A stretch of 64,000 bases of DNA, taken from the NCBI RefSeq assembly GCF_009914755.1, contig NC_060948.1; one strand, 5' to 3'. The notes beneath the pieces are model-generated. The model saw only the letters and a program-made list of their open reading frames with translations. It did no database searches and was not told where the DNA came from. Source of the stretch: the human T2T-CHM13v2.0 reference genome, Homo sapiens. The position numbers and the translations under genes are program-made. Every line of letters starts with the position of its first letter. The first letter of the stretch is position 1. Shown here one piece after another: positions 42,786-57,066 of this stretch.

Positions 42786-45700
42786 GAAACGGAATGCAAA
42801 GGAATGGAATGGAATAGTATGGAATGGAATGGAAAGGAATGGAGTGGAATAGACTAGAGTGGAATGGAATGGACTGGAAAGCAATGGACTGGAATGGAAC
42901 TTTCTTGAATGGACTGGAATCAAACGGAATGGAATGCAATGCAATCAAATGGCATGGAATAAAATAGAATGAAAGAGAATCAAATGGAATTGAATCGAAT
43001 GGAATCGAATGGATTGGAAAGGAATAGAATGGAATGGAATGGAATTGACTCAAATGGAATGGACTAGAATGGAATGGATTCGAATGGAAGGCAAAGGAAT
43101 GGAATCTATTGGAATGGACTGTAATGGAATGGAATGGAAGGGATTGGAATGGGCTCGAATGGAATGGACTGCAATAGAAAGGATTCGAATGGAATGAAAA
43201 AGAATTGAATGGAATAGAACAGAATGGAATCAAATCGAATGAAATGGAATGGAATGAAATGGAATGGAAAGGATTCGAATGGAATGCAATCGAATGGAAT
43301 GGAATCGAACGGAATGGAATAAAATGGAAGAAAACTGGCAAGAAATGGAATCGAAATGAATGGAGTGTTATGGAACGGAGTCAAAAGGAATTGAATGTAA
43401 TAGAATGGAGTGGAGTGGACTCGAATATAATGGACTGGAATGGAATGAAATCACATGGAATGGGAACGAATGGAATGGAATGGAAAGGAATGGAATCGAA
43501 TGGAAAGGAATCGAATGGAAGGGAATGAAATTGAATCAACAGGAATGGAAGGGAATAGAATAGACGGTAATGGAATGGACTCGAATAGAATGGACAGGAA
43601 TGCTCAAATTGAATGGACTCGAATGGAATGGAAACGAAATGAATGTCATCGAATGGAATTGAATCGATTGGAATGAAATCATATAGAATGGAGTGGAATC
43701 AAATGGAATTGAATCGAAAGGAAAGGAAACAAATGGACTGAAATGAAATGGAATGGAATTGAATGGAAAGTTATGTAATGGAATAGAATGGAACGAAATT
43801 TCACGGAATGGATTCAAACTGAATGGAATCAAATCAATGGAATCAAATCAAATGGAATGGAAAGGAATTGAATGGAGTAGATTGGATTGGATGGGATTGG
43901 AATGAAATGTACTGGAAAGGACTCGAATTTCATGAAACGGAATGGAATGAATTGGAACGGAACGGACTCGAATGGAATGGAATGTCATGGAATGGCATCA
44001 AATGGAATGGCATCAAATGGAATGGAATCGAATGCAATGGAATGCTATGGAATGGAATGGAATGCATTGGAATGGAATGTCCTCTAATGGAATGGATTCG
44101 AGTGGAATGGAATCGAATATAATGGAGTCGAATGAAATGGAATTGAAAGGAATGGGATCGAATACAATGGAATATACTGGAATGTAATGTAATGAACTCG
44201 AATGTAATTGACTGGAATGGAATGTACATGAATGGAATGTAATCGAATGGAAAGTAATCCAATGGAATAGAATCTAATGCAATAAAATCGACTCAGATAG
44301 AGTAGAATGCAATGGAATGGAGTGCAGTGCAATGGAATGGAATGGAATGCAATGGAATGGAATGGAATGGAATGGAATGGAATGGAATGGAATGGTGTGG
44401 AATGGATAGTAATGGACTGGAGTGAAATGGACTGGAAAGGAATGGACTCAAATTGAAAGGGCTCGAAAGGAATGGAGTCAAATGGAATGGTCTGGAATGG
44501 AATGAACACGAATGTAATGCAATCCAATAGAATGGAATCGAATGGCATGGAATATAAAGAAATGGAATCGAAGAGAATGGAAACAAATGGAATGGAATTG
44601 AGTGGAATCGAATTGAATGGAATGGGAACGAATGGAGTGAAATTGTATGCAGTAGAAGAGAATAGAATGGAATGCAAGCGAAAGGAAAGGAATGGATTGG
44701 AATGGAATGGAATTCATTGGAATGGAAGGGAATGTAGTGTAATGGACAGGCCTGGAATAAAGTGGAATGCTACGGTCTCGAATGGAATAAAAATGTATGG
44801 AATGGAATGCAATGAAACGGAATCGAATGTCATAGAATGTAATGGAATGCAAAAAAATGGAATCCAAAATCATTGACTGGAAAGGCTGGGTGTCGAAAGG
44901 AATTGACTCCAATGGAATGGAATCGAATGGAATGGAAGTGAATAGAATCGAACTAAATCGAATGGAATGGAATTGATAGGAACGGAATGGAAAGGAATGC
45001 AATGATTTGGCATGGAATGGAATCGAATGGCATCGAATGGAATGGAATGGAATGCAATGGAATGGAATGTATTAGAATGTAATGAACTTTAATGGAATGT
45101 ACTCGAATGGATTCGACTGGAATGGAATGTTCTGGAAGTGAATGGACTCCAATGGAATGGATTCCAAAGGAATGGAATCGTACGGAATGGAATCTAATGG
45201 AATGGAATTAAATGGAAATGAATCAAATTGAATAGCACGGAATTGAATTGAATGGAATGGAATGCAATGGAATCTAATGAAACGGAAAGGAAAGGAATGG
45301 AATGGAATGGAATGGGCTGGAATGGAAAGGAATCGAAACGAATGGAATGGAATCGAACTGAAGAGACTGGAATGGAATGCACTGGAATGGAAGGGAGTGT
45401 AATGGAAGGTTCTCGAAAAAAATGGAATCGAATGGAATGGAATTGAATGGAACGGAATAGAGTCGAATGAAATTGAATGGAATGGAATGGACTAGAGTGA
45501 AATGGAATCGAACCACAAGGAATGGACAGGAATAGAATGGTCTCGAATTGAATGGAATCGTATGGAATGGCATCAAACGGAATGGAATGGACAGCCACGG
45601 AATGGAATGCACTCGAATGCAATGGAGTCGAAACTAATGGACTGGAATAGAATGGACTCGACTGGTACGGACTCCAATGGAATGGAATCGAATGGAAGGG

Positions 45701-46319
45701 AATCGAACGGAATGGACTCGAAGGGAAAAGACTGCAATGGAAAGGTCTCGAATGGAATGCAAATTAATGGAATGGAATGGAATCGAATGAAATGGAGTCA
45801 AAAGGAATGGAATCGAATGGCAAGAAATCGAATGTAATGGAATCGCAAGGAATTGATGTGAACGGAACGGAATGGAATGGAATCCAAAGGAATGGAATAG
45901 AATGGAATGGAATCGAATGGAAAGGACTCGAATGGAAATCACTCGAATAGAATGCAATTTAATAAAATAGGATCAAATGTAATGGAATGGAATGGAAAGG
46001 AATCGAAACGAAAGGAATGGAGACAGATGGAATGGAATGGAACGGAGAGCAATGCTATAGAATGGAATGGAATCATCTGGAATGGAATTGAATGGAATGG
46101 AATAATATGAAATGGAATGGAATGGAATGGAATGGAATGCCCTTGAATTAAATGGACTGGAATGGAATGGACTCCAACAGAGTGGAATGGAAAGTGTTGA
46201 GATAGAATGGAATGGACTCCTTTGGAATGGTCTAGTATGCAATGCAATCGACTGGCAGGGAATCAAAAGGAATGTAATCGAATGGATTGGACTGGAATGC
46301 AATGGACTCGAATAGATTG
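42786..46319 (+). repeat. Unit 13 (3534 bp; diverged variant)
   Basis: Landmark spacing 43009 to 46543. 15-bp deletion near 43255 and a substitution cluster at 43597-43813. Confidence 0.92.
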
Positions 46320-49300
46320 GAAACGGAATGCAAAGGAATGGAATGGAATAGTATGGAATGGAATGGAAAGGAATGGAGTGGAATAGACTAGAGTGGAATG
46401 GAATGGACTGGAAAGCAATGGACTGGAATGGAACTTTCTTGAATGGACTGGAATCAAACGGAATGGAATGCAATGCAATCAAATGGCATGGAATAAAATA
46501 GAATGAAAGAGAATCAAATGGAATTGAATCGAATGGAATCGAATGGATTGGAAAGGAATAGAATGGAATGGAATGGAATGGACTCAAATGGAATGGACTA
46601 GAATGGAATGGATTCGAATGGAAGGCAAAGGAATGGAATCTATTGGAATGGACTGTAATGGAATGGAATGGAAGGGATTGGAATGGACTCGAATGGAATG
46701 GACTGCAATAGAAAGGATTCGAATGGAATGAAAAAGAATTGAATGGAATAGAACAGAATGGAATCAAATCGAATGAAATGGAATGGAATAGAAAGGAATG
46801 GAATGAAATGGAATGGAAAGGATTCGAATGGAATGCAATCGAATGGAATGGAATCGAACGGAATGGAATAAAATGGAAGAAAACTGGCAAGAAATGGAAT
46901 CGAAATGAATGGAGTGTTATGGAACGGAGTCAAAAGGAATTGAATGTAATAGAATGGAGTGGAGTGGCCTCGAATATAATGGACTGGAATGGAATGAAAT
47001 CACATGGAATGGGAACGAATGGAATGGAATGGAAAGGAATGGAATCGAATGGAAAGGAATCGAATGGAAGGGAATGAAATTGAATCAACAGGAATGGAAG
47101 GGAATAGAATAGACGGTAATGGAATGGACTCGAATAGAATTGACACGAATGCTCAAATTGAATGGACTCGAATGGAATGGAAACGAAAGGAATGTCATCG
47201 AATGGAATTGAATCGATTGGAATGAAATCGCATAGAATGGAGTGGAATCAAATGGAATTGAATCGAAAGGAAAGGAAGCGAATGGACTGAAATGAAATGG
47301 AATGGAATTGAATGGAAAGTAATGCAATGGAATAGAATGGAACGAAATTTCACGGAATGGAATCAAACTGAATGGAATCAAATGAATGGAATCTAATCAA
47401 ATGGAATGGAAAGGAATTGAATGGAGTAGATTGGATTGGATGGGATTGGAATGAAATGTACTGGAAAGGACTCGAATTTCATGAAACGGAATGGAATGAA
47501 TTGGAACGGAATGGACTCGAATGGAATGGAATGTCATGGAATGGCATCAAATGGAATGGCATCAAATGGAATGGAATCGAATGCAATGGAATGTTACGGA
47601 ATGGAATGGAATGCATTGGAATGGAATGTCCTCTAATGGAATGGATTCGAGTGGAATGGAATCGAATATAATGGAGTCGAATGAAATGGAATTGAAAGGA
47701 ATGGGATCGAATAGAATGGAATATACTGGAATGTAATGTAATGAACTCGAATGTAATTGACTGGAATGGAATGTACATGAATGGAAGGTAATCGAATGGA
47801 AAGTAATCCAATGGAATAGAATCTAATGCAATAAAACCGACTCAGATAGAGTAGAATGTAATGGAATGGAGTGCAGTGCAATGGAATGGAGTGGAATTGA
47901 ATGCAAAGGAATGGAATGGAATGGAATGGAATGGAATGGAATGGAATGGAATGGAATGGGATGGAATGGTATGGAATGGATAGAAATGGACTGGAGTGAA
48001 ATGGACTGGAAAGGAATGGACTCAAATTGAAAGGGCTCGAAAGGAATGGAGTCAAATGGAATGGTCTGGAATGGAATGAACACGAATGTAATGCAATCCA
48101 ATAGAATGGAATCGAATGGCATGGAATATAAAGAAATGGATACGAAGAGAATGGAAACAAATGGAATGGAATTGAATGGAATGGAATTGAATGGAATGGG
48201 AACGAATGGAGTGAAATTGTATGCAGTAGAAGGGAATAGAATGGAATGCAAGCGAAAGGAAAGGAATGGATTGGAATGGAATGGAATTCATTGGAATGGA
48301 AGGGAATGTAGTGTAATGGACAGGCCTGGAATAAAGTGGAATGCTACGGTCTCGAATGGAATAAAAATGTATGGAATGGAATGCAATGAAACGGAATCGA
48401 ATGTCATAGAATGTAATGGAATGCAACAAAATGGAATCCAAAATCATTGACTGGAAAGGCTGGGTGTCGAAAGGAATTGACTCCAATGGAATGGAATCGA
48501 ATGGAATGGAAGTGAATAGAATCGAACTAAATCGAATGGAATGGAATTGATAGGAACGGAATGGAAAGGAATGCAATGATTTGGCATGGAATGGAATCGA
48601 ATGGCATCGAATGGAATGGAATGGAATGCAATGGAATGGAATGTATTAGAATGTAATGAACTTTAATGGAATGTACTCGAATGGATTCGACTGGAATGGA
48701 ATGTTCTGGAAGTGAATGGACTCCAATGGAATGGATTCAAAAGGAATGGAATCGTACGGAATGGAATCTAATGGAATGGAATTAAATGGAAATGAATCAA
48801 ATTGAATAGCACGGAATTGAATTGAATGGAATGGAATGCAATGGAATCTAATGAAACGGAAAGGAAAGGAATGGAATGGAATGGAATGGGCTGGAATGGA
48901 AAGGAATCGAAACGAATGGAATGGAATCGAACTGAAGAGACTGGAATGGAATGCACTGGAATGGAAGGGAGTGTAATGGAAGGTTCTCGAAAAAAATGGA
49001 ATCGAATGGAATGGAATTGAATGGAACGGAATAGAGTCGAATGGAATTGAATGGAATGGAATGGACTAGAGTGAAATGGAATCGAACCACAAGGAATGGA
49101 GAGGAATAGAATGGTCTCGAATTGAATGGAATCATATGGAATGGCATCAAACGGAATGGAATGGACAGCCACGGAATGGAATGCACTCGAATGCAATGGA
49201 GTCGAAACTAATGGACTGGAATAGAATGGACTCGACTGGTACGGACTCCAATGGAATGGAATCGAATGGAAGGGAATCGAACGGAATGGACTCGAAGGGA

Positions 49301-49893
49301 AAAGACTGCAATGGAAAGGTCTCGAATGGAATGGAAATTAATGGAATGGAATGGAATCGAATGAAATGGAGTCAAAAGGAATGGAATCGAATGGCAAGAA
49401 ATCGAATGTAATGGAATCGCAAGGAATTGATGTGAACGGAACGGAATGGAATGGAATCCAAAGGAATGGAATAGAATGGAATGGAATCGAATGGAAAGGA
49501 CTCGAATGGAAATCACTCGAATAGAATGCAATTTAATAAAATAGGATCAAATATAATGGAATGGAATGGAAAGGAATCGAAACGAAAGGAATGGAGACAG
49601 ATGGAATGGAATAGAACAGAGAGCAATGGTATAGAATGGAATGGAATCATCTGGAATGGAATTGAATGGAATGGAATAATATGAAATGGAACGGAATGGA
49701 ATGGAATGGAATGCCCTTGAATTAAATGGACTGGAATGGAATGGACTCGAACAGAGTGGAATGGAAAGTGTTGAGATAGAATGGAATGGACTCCTTTGGA
49801 ATGGTGTAGTATGCAATGCAATCGACTGGCAGGGAATCAAAAGGAATGTAATCGAATGGATTGGACTGGAATGCAATGGACTCGAATAGATTG
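46320..49893 (+). repeat. Unit 14 (3574 bp; extra HaeIII site)
   Basis: Landmark spacing 46739 to 50313. GGCC at 46966-46969. Confidence 0.92.
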
Positions 49894-52800
49894 CAAACAG
49901 AATGAAAAGGAATGGAATGGAATAGTATGGAATGGAATGGAAAGGAATGGAGTGGAATAGACTAGAGTGGAATGGAATGGACTGGAAAGCAATGGACTGG
50001 AATGGAACTTTCTTGAATGGACTGGAATCAAACGGAATGGAATGCAATGCAATCAAATGGCATGGAATAAAATAGAATGAAAGAGAATCAAATGGAATTG
50101 AATCGAATGGAATCGAATGGATTGGAAAGGAATAGAATGGAATGGAATGGAATTGACTCAAATGGAATGGACTAGAATGGAATGGATTCGAATGGAAGGC
50201 AAAGGAATGGAATCTATTGGAATGGACTGTAATGGAATGGAATGGAAGGGATTGGAATGGACTCGAATGGAATGGACTGCAATAGAAAGGATTTGAATGG
50301 AATGAAAAAGAATTGAATGGAATAGAACAGAATGGAATCAAATCGAATGAAATGGAATGGAATAGAAAGGAATGGAATGAAATGGAATGGAAAGGATTCG
50401 AATGGAATGCAATCGAATGGAATGGAATCGAACGGAATGGAATAAAATGGAAGAAAACTGGCAAGAAATGGAATCGAAATGAATGGAGTGTTATGGAACG
50501 GACTCAAAAGGAATTGAATGTAATAGAATGGAGTGGAGTGGACTCGAATATAATGGACTGGAATGGAATGAAATCACATGGAATGGGAACGAATGGAATG
50601 GAATGGAAAGGAATGGAATCGAATGGAAAGGAATCGAATGGAAGGGAATGAAATTGAATCAACAGGAATGGAAGGGAATAGAATAGACGGTAATGGAATG
50701 GACTCGAATAGAATGGACACGAATGCTCAAATTGAATGGACTCGAATGGAATGGAAACGAAAGGAATGTCATCGAATGGAATTGAATCGATTGGAATGAA
50801 ATCGCATAGAATGGAGTGGAATCAAATGGAATTGAATCGAAAGGAAAGGAAGCGAATGGACTGAAATGAAATGGAATGGAATTGAATGGAAAGTAATGCA
50901 ATGGAATAGAATGGAACGAAATTTCACGGAATGGAATCAAACTGAATGGAATCAAATCAATGGAATCAAATCAAATGGAATGGAAAGGAATTGAATGGAG
51001 TTGATTGGATTGGATGGGATTGGAATGAAATGTACTGGAAAGGACTCGAATTTCATGAAACGGAATGGAATGAATTGGAACGGAATGGACTCGAATGGAA
51101 TGGAATGTCATGGAATGGCATCAAATGGAATGGCATCAAATGGAATGGAATCGAATGCAATGGAATGCTATGGAATGGAATGGAATGCATTGGAATGGAA
51201 TGTCCTCTAATGGAATGGATTCGAGTGGAATGGAATCGAATATAATGGAGTCGAATGAAATGGAATTGAAAGGAATGGGATCGAATACAATGGAATATAC
51301 TGGAATGTAATGTAATGAACTCGAATGTAATTGACTGGAATGGAATGTACATGAATGGAATGTAATCGAATGGAAAGTAATCCAATGGAATAGAATCTAA
51401 TGCAATAAAATCGACTCAGATAGATTAGAATGTAATGGAATGGAGTGCAGTGCAATGGAATGGAATGGAATGGAATGCAATGGTATGGAATGGAATGGAA
51501 TGGAATGGAATGGAATGGAATGGAATGGGATGGAATGGTATGGAATGGTATGGAATGGATAGTAATGGACTGGAGTGAAATGGACTGGAAAGGAATGGAC
51601 TCAAATTGAAAGGGCTCGAAAGGAATGGAGTCAAATGGAATGGTCTGGAATGGAATGAACACGAATGTAATGCAATCCAATAGAATGGAATCGAATGGCA
51701 TGGAATATAAAGAAATGGATTCGAAGAGAATGGAAACAAATGGAATGGAATTGAATGGAATGGAATTGAATGGAATGGGAACGAATGGAGTGAAATTGTA
51801 TGCAGTAGAAGGGAATAGAATGGAATGCAAGCGAAAGGAAAGGAATGGATTGGAATGGAATGGAATTCATTGGAATGGAAGGGAATGTAGTGTAATGGAC
51901 AGGCCTGGAATAAAGTGGAATGCTACGGTCTCGAATGGAATAAAAATGTATGGAATGGAATACAAAGAAACGGAATCGAATGTCATAGAATGTAATGGAA
52001 TGCAACAAAATGGAATCCAAAATCATTGACTGGAAAGGCTGGGTGTCGAAAGGAATTGACTCCAATGGAATGGAATCGAATGGAATGGAAGTGAATAGAA
52101 TCGAACTAAATCGAATGGAATGGAATTGATAGGAACGGAATGGAAAGGAATGCAATGATTTGGCATGGAATGGAATCGAATGGCATCGAATGGAATGGAA
52201 TGGAATGCAATGGAATGGAATGTATTAGAATGTAATGAACTTTAATGGAATGTACTCGAATGGATTCGACTGGAATGGAATGTTCTGGAAGTGAATGGAC
52301 TCCAATGGAATGGATTCAAAAGGAATGGAATCGTACGGAATGGAATCTAATGGAATGGAATTAAATGGAAATGAATCAAATTGAATAGCACGGAATTGAA
52401 TTGAATGGAATGGAATGCAATGGAATCTAATGAAACGGAAAGGAAAGGAATGGAATGGAATGGAATGGGCTGGAATGGAAAGGAATCGAAACGAATGGAA
52501 TGGAACCGAACTGAAGAGACTGGAATGGAATGCACTGGAATGGAAGGGAGTGTAATGGAAGGTTCTCGAAAAAAATGGAATCGAATGGAATGGAATTGAA
52601 TGGAACGGAATAGAGTCGAATGGAATTGAATGGAATGGAATGGACTAGAGTGAAATGGAATCGAACCACAAGGAATGGAGAGGAATAGAATGGTCTCGAA
52701 TTGAATGGAATCGTATGGAATGGCATCAAACGGAATGGAATGGACAGCCACGGAATGGAATGCACTCGAATGCAATGGAGTCGAAACTAATGGACTGGAA

Positions 52801-53472
52801 TAGAATGGACTCGACTGGTACGGACTCCAATGGAATGGAATCGAATGGAAGGGAATCGAACGGAATGGACTCGAAGGGAAAAGACTGCAATGGAAAGGTC
52901 TGGAATGGAATGGAAATTAATGGAATGGAATGGAATCGAATGAAATGGAGTCAAAAGGAATGGAATCGAATGGCAAGAAATCGAATGTAATGGAATCGCA
53001 AGGAATTGATGTGAACGGAACGGAATGGAATGGAATCCAAAGGAATGGAATAGAATGGAATGGAATCGAATGGAAAGGACTCGAATGGAAATCACTCGAA
53101 TAGAATGCAATTTAATAAAATAGGATCAAATGGAATGGAATGGAATGGAAAGGAATCGAAACGAAAGGAATGGAGACAGATGGAATGGAATGGAACAGAG
53201 AGCAATGCTATAGAATGGAATGGAATCATCTGGAATGGAATTGAATGGAATGGAATAATATGAAATGGAATGGAATGGAATGGAATGGAATGCCCTTGAA
53301 TTAAATGGACTGGAATGGAATGGACTCCAACAGAGTGGAATGGAAAGTGTTGAGATAGAATGGAATGGACTCCTTTGGAATGGTCTAGTATGCAATGCAA
53401 TCGACTGGCAGGGAATCAAAAGGAATGTAATCGAATGGATTGGACTGGAATGCAATGGACTCGAATAGATTG
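49894..53472 (+). repeat. Unit 15 (3579 bp)
   Basis: Landmark spacing 50313 to 53892. Confidence 0.92.
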
Positions 53473-56400
53473 GAAACGGAATGCAAAGGAATGGAATGGA
53501 ATAGTATGGAATGGAATGGAAAGGAATGGAGTGGAATAGACTAGAGTGGAATGGAATGGACTGGAAAGCAATGGACTGGAATGGAACTTTCTTGAATGGA
53601 CTGGAATCAAACGGAATGGAATGCAATGCAATCAAATGGCATGGAATAAAATAGAATGAAAGAGAATCAAATGGAATTGAATCGAATGGAATCGAATGGA
53701 TTGGAAAGGAATAGAATGGAATGGAATGGAATTGACTCAAATGGAATGGACTAGAATGGAATGGATTCGAATGGAAGGCAAAGGAATGGAATCTATTGGA
53801 ATGGACTGTAATGGAATGGAATGGAAGGGATTGGAATGGACTCGAATGGAATGGACTGCAATAGAAAGGATTCCAATGGAATGAAAAAGAATTGAATGGA
53901 ATAGAACAGAATGGAATCAAATCGAATGAAATGGAATGGAATAGAAAGGAATGGAATGAAATGGAATGGAAAGGATTCGAATGGAATGCAATCGAATGGA
54001 ATGGAATCGAACGGAATGGAATAAAATGGAAGAAAACTGGCAAGAAATGGAATCGAAATGAATGGAGTATTATGGAACGGACTCAAAAGGAATTGAATGT
54101 AATAGAATGGAGTGGAGTGGACTCGAATATAATGGACTGGAATGGAATGAAATCACATGGAATGGGAACGAATGGAATGGAATGGAAAGGAATGGAATCG
54201 AATGGAAAGGAATCGAATGGAAGGGAATGAAATTGAATCAACAGGAATGGAAGGGAATAGAATAGACGGTAATGGAATGGACTCGAATAGAATGGACACG
54301 AATGCTCAAATTGAATGGACTCGAATGGAATGGAAACGAAAGGAATGTCATCGAATGGAATTGAATCGATTGGAATGAAATCGCATAGAATGGAGTGGAA
54401 TCAAATGGAATTGAATCGAAAGGAAAGGAAGCGAATGGACTGAAATGAAATGGAATGGAATTGAATGGAAAGTAATGCAATGGAATAGAATGGAACGAAA
54501 TTTCACGGAATGGAATCAAACTGAATGGAATCAAATCAATGGAATCTAATCAAATGGAATGGAAAGGAATTGAATGGAGTAGATTGGATTGGATGGGATT
54601 GGAATGAAATCTACTGGAAAGGACTCGAATTTCATGAAACGGAATGGAATGAATTGGAACGGAATGGACTCGAATGGAATGGAATGTCATGGAATGGCAT
54701 CAAATGGAATGGCATCAAATGGAATGGAATCGAATGCAATGGAATGTTATGGAATGGAATGGAATGCATTGGAATGGAATGTCCTCTAATGGAATGGATT
54801 CGAGTGGAATGGAATCGAATATAATGGAGTCGAATGAAATGGAATTGAAAGGAATGGGATCGAATAGAATGGAATATACTGGAATGTAATGTAATGAACT
54901 CGAATGTAATTGACTGGAATGGAATGTACATGAATGGAAGGTAATCGAATGGAAAGTAATCCAATGGAATAGAATCTAATGCAATAAAACCGACTCAGAT
55001 AGAGTAGAATGTAATGGAATGGAGTGCAGTGCAATGGAATGGAATGGAATGGAATGCAATGGAATGGAATGGAATGGAATGGAATGGAATGGAATGGAAT
55101 GGAATGGGATGGAATGGTATGGAATGGTATGGAATGGATAGTAATGGACTGGAGTGAAATGGACTGGAAAGGAATGGACTCAAATTGAAAGGGCTCGAAA
55201 GGAATGGAGTCAAATGGAATGGTCTGGAATGGAATGAACACGAATGTAATGCAATCCAATAGAATGGAATCGAATGGCATGGAATATAAAGAAATGGATT
55301 CGAAGAGAATGGAAACAAATGGAATGGAATTGAATGGAATGGAATTGAATGGAATGGGAACGAATGGAGTGAAATTGTATGCAGTAGAAGGGAATAGAAT
55401 GGAATGCAAGCGAAAGGAAAGGAATGGATTGGAATGGAATGGAATTCATTGGAATGGAAGGGAATGTAGTGTAATGGACAGGCCTGGAATAAAGTGGAAT
55501 GCTACGGTCTCGAATGGAATAAAAATGTATGGAATGGAATACAAAGAAACGGAATCGAATGTCATAGAATGTAATGGAATGCAACAAAATGGAATCCAAA
55601 ATCATTGACTGGAAAGGCTGGGTGTCGAAAGGAATTGACTCCAATGGAATGGAATCGAATGGAATGGAAGTGAATAGAATCGAACTAAATCGAATGGAAT
55701 GGAATTGATAGGAACGGAATGGAAAGGAATGCAATGATTTGGCATGGAATGGAATCGAATGGCATCGAATGGAATGGAATGGAATGCAATGGAATGGAAT
55801 GTATTAGAATGTAATGAACTTTAATGGAATGTACTCGAATGGATTCGACTGGAATGGAATGTTCTGGAAGTGAATGGACTCCAATGGAATGGATTCAAAA
55901 GGAATGGAATCGTACGGAATGGAATCTAATGGAATGGAATTAAATGGAAATGAATCAAATTGAATAGCACGGAATTGAATTGAATGGAATGGAATTCAAT
56001 GGAATCTAATGAAACGGAAAGGAAAGGAATGGAATGGAATGGAATGGGCTGGAATGGAAAGGAATCGAAACGAATGGAATGGAATCGAACTGAAGAGACT
56101 GGAATGGAATGCAATGGAATGGAATGCACTGGAATGGAAGGGAGTGTAATGGAAGGTTCTCGAAAAAAATGGAATCGAATGGAATGGAATTGAATGGAAC
56201 GGAATAGAGTCGAATGGAATTGAATGGAATGGAATGGACTAGAGTGAAATGGAATCAAACCACAAGGAATGGAGAGGAATAGAATGGTCTCGAATTGAAT
56301 GGAATCGTATGGAATGGCATCAAACGGAATGGAATGGACAGCCACGGAATGGAATGCACTCGAATGCAATGGAGTCGAAACTAATGGACTGGAATAGAAT

Positions 56401-57066
56401 GGACTCGACTGGTACGGACTCCAATGCAATGGAATCGAATGGAAGGGAATCGAACGGAATGGACTCGAAGGGAAAAGACTGCAATGGAAAGGTCTCGAAT
56501 GGAATGGAAATTAATGGAATGGAATGGAATGGAATGAAATGGAGTCAAAAGGAATGGAATCGAATGGCAAGAAATCGAATGTAATGGAATCGCAAGGAAT
56601 TGATGTGAACGGAACGGAATGGAATGGAATCCAAAGGAATGGAATAGAATGGAATGGAATCGAATGGAAAGGACTCGAATGGAAATCACTCGAATAGAAT
56701 GCAATTTAATAAAATAGGATCAAATGTAATGGAATGGAATGGAAAGGAATCGAAACGAAAGGAATGGAGACAGATGGAATGGAATAGAACAGAGAGCAAT
56801 GGTATAGAATGGAATGGAATCATCTGGAATGGAATCATCTGGAATGGAATAATATGAAATGGAATGGAATGGAATGGAATGGAATGCCCTTGAATTAAAT
56901 GGACTGGAATGGAATGGACTCGAACAGAGTGGAATGGAAAGTGTTGAGATAGAATGGAATGGACTCCTTTGGAATGGTGTAGTATGCAATGCAATCGACT
57001 GGCAGGGAATCAAAAGGAATGTAATGGAATGGACTGGACTGGAATGCAATGGACTCGAATAGATTG
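53473..57066 (+). repeat. Unit 16 (3594 bp; 15-bp insertion, extra EcoRI site)
   Basis: Landmark spacing 53696 to 57290. Insertion at 56111-56125 and GAATTC at 55992-55997. Confidence 0.92.

Noticed and set aside
28526-53472. A regular 5-unit (17.8-kb) higher-order repeat across the window
   Set aside because: Units 9-10 and 14-15 differ in length and in diagnostic variants. Only the block from about 38.3 kb onward is duplicated.
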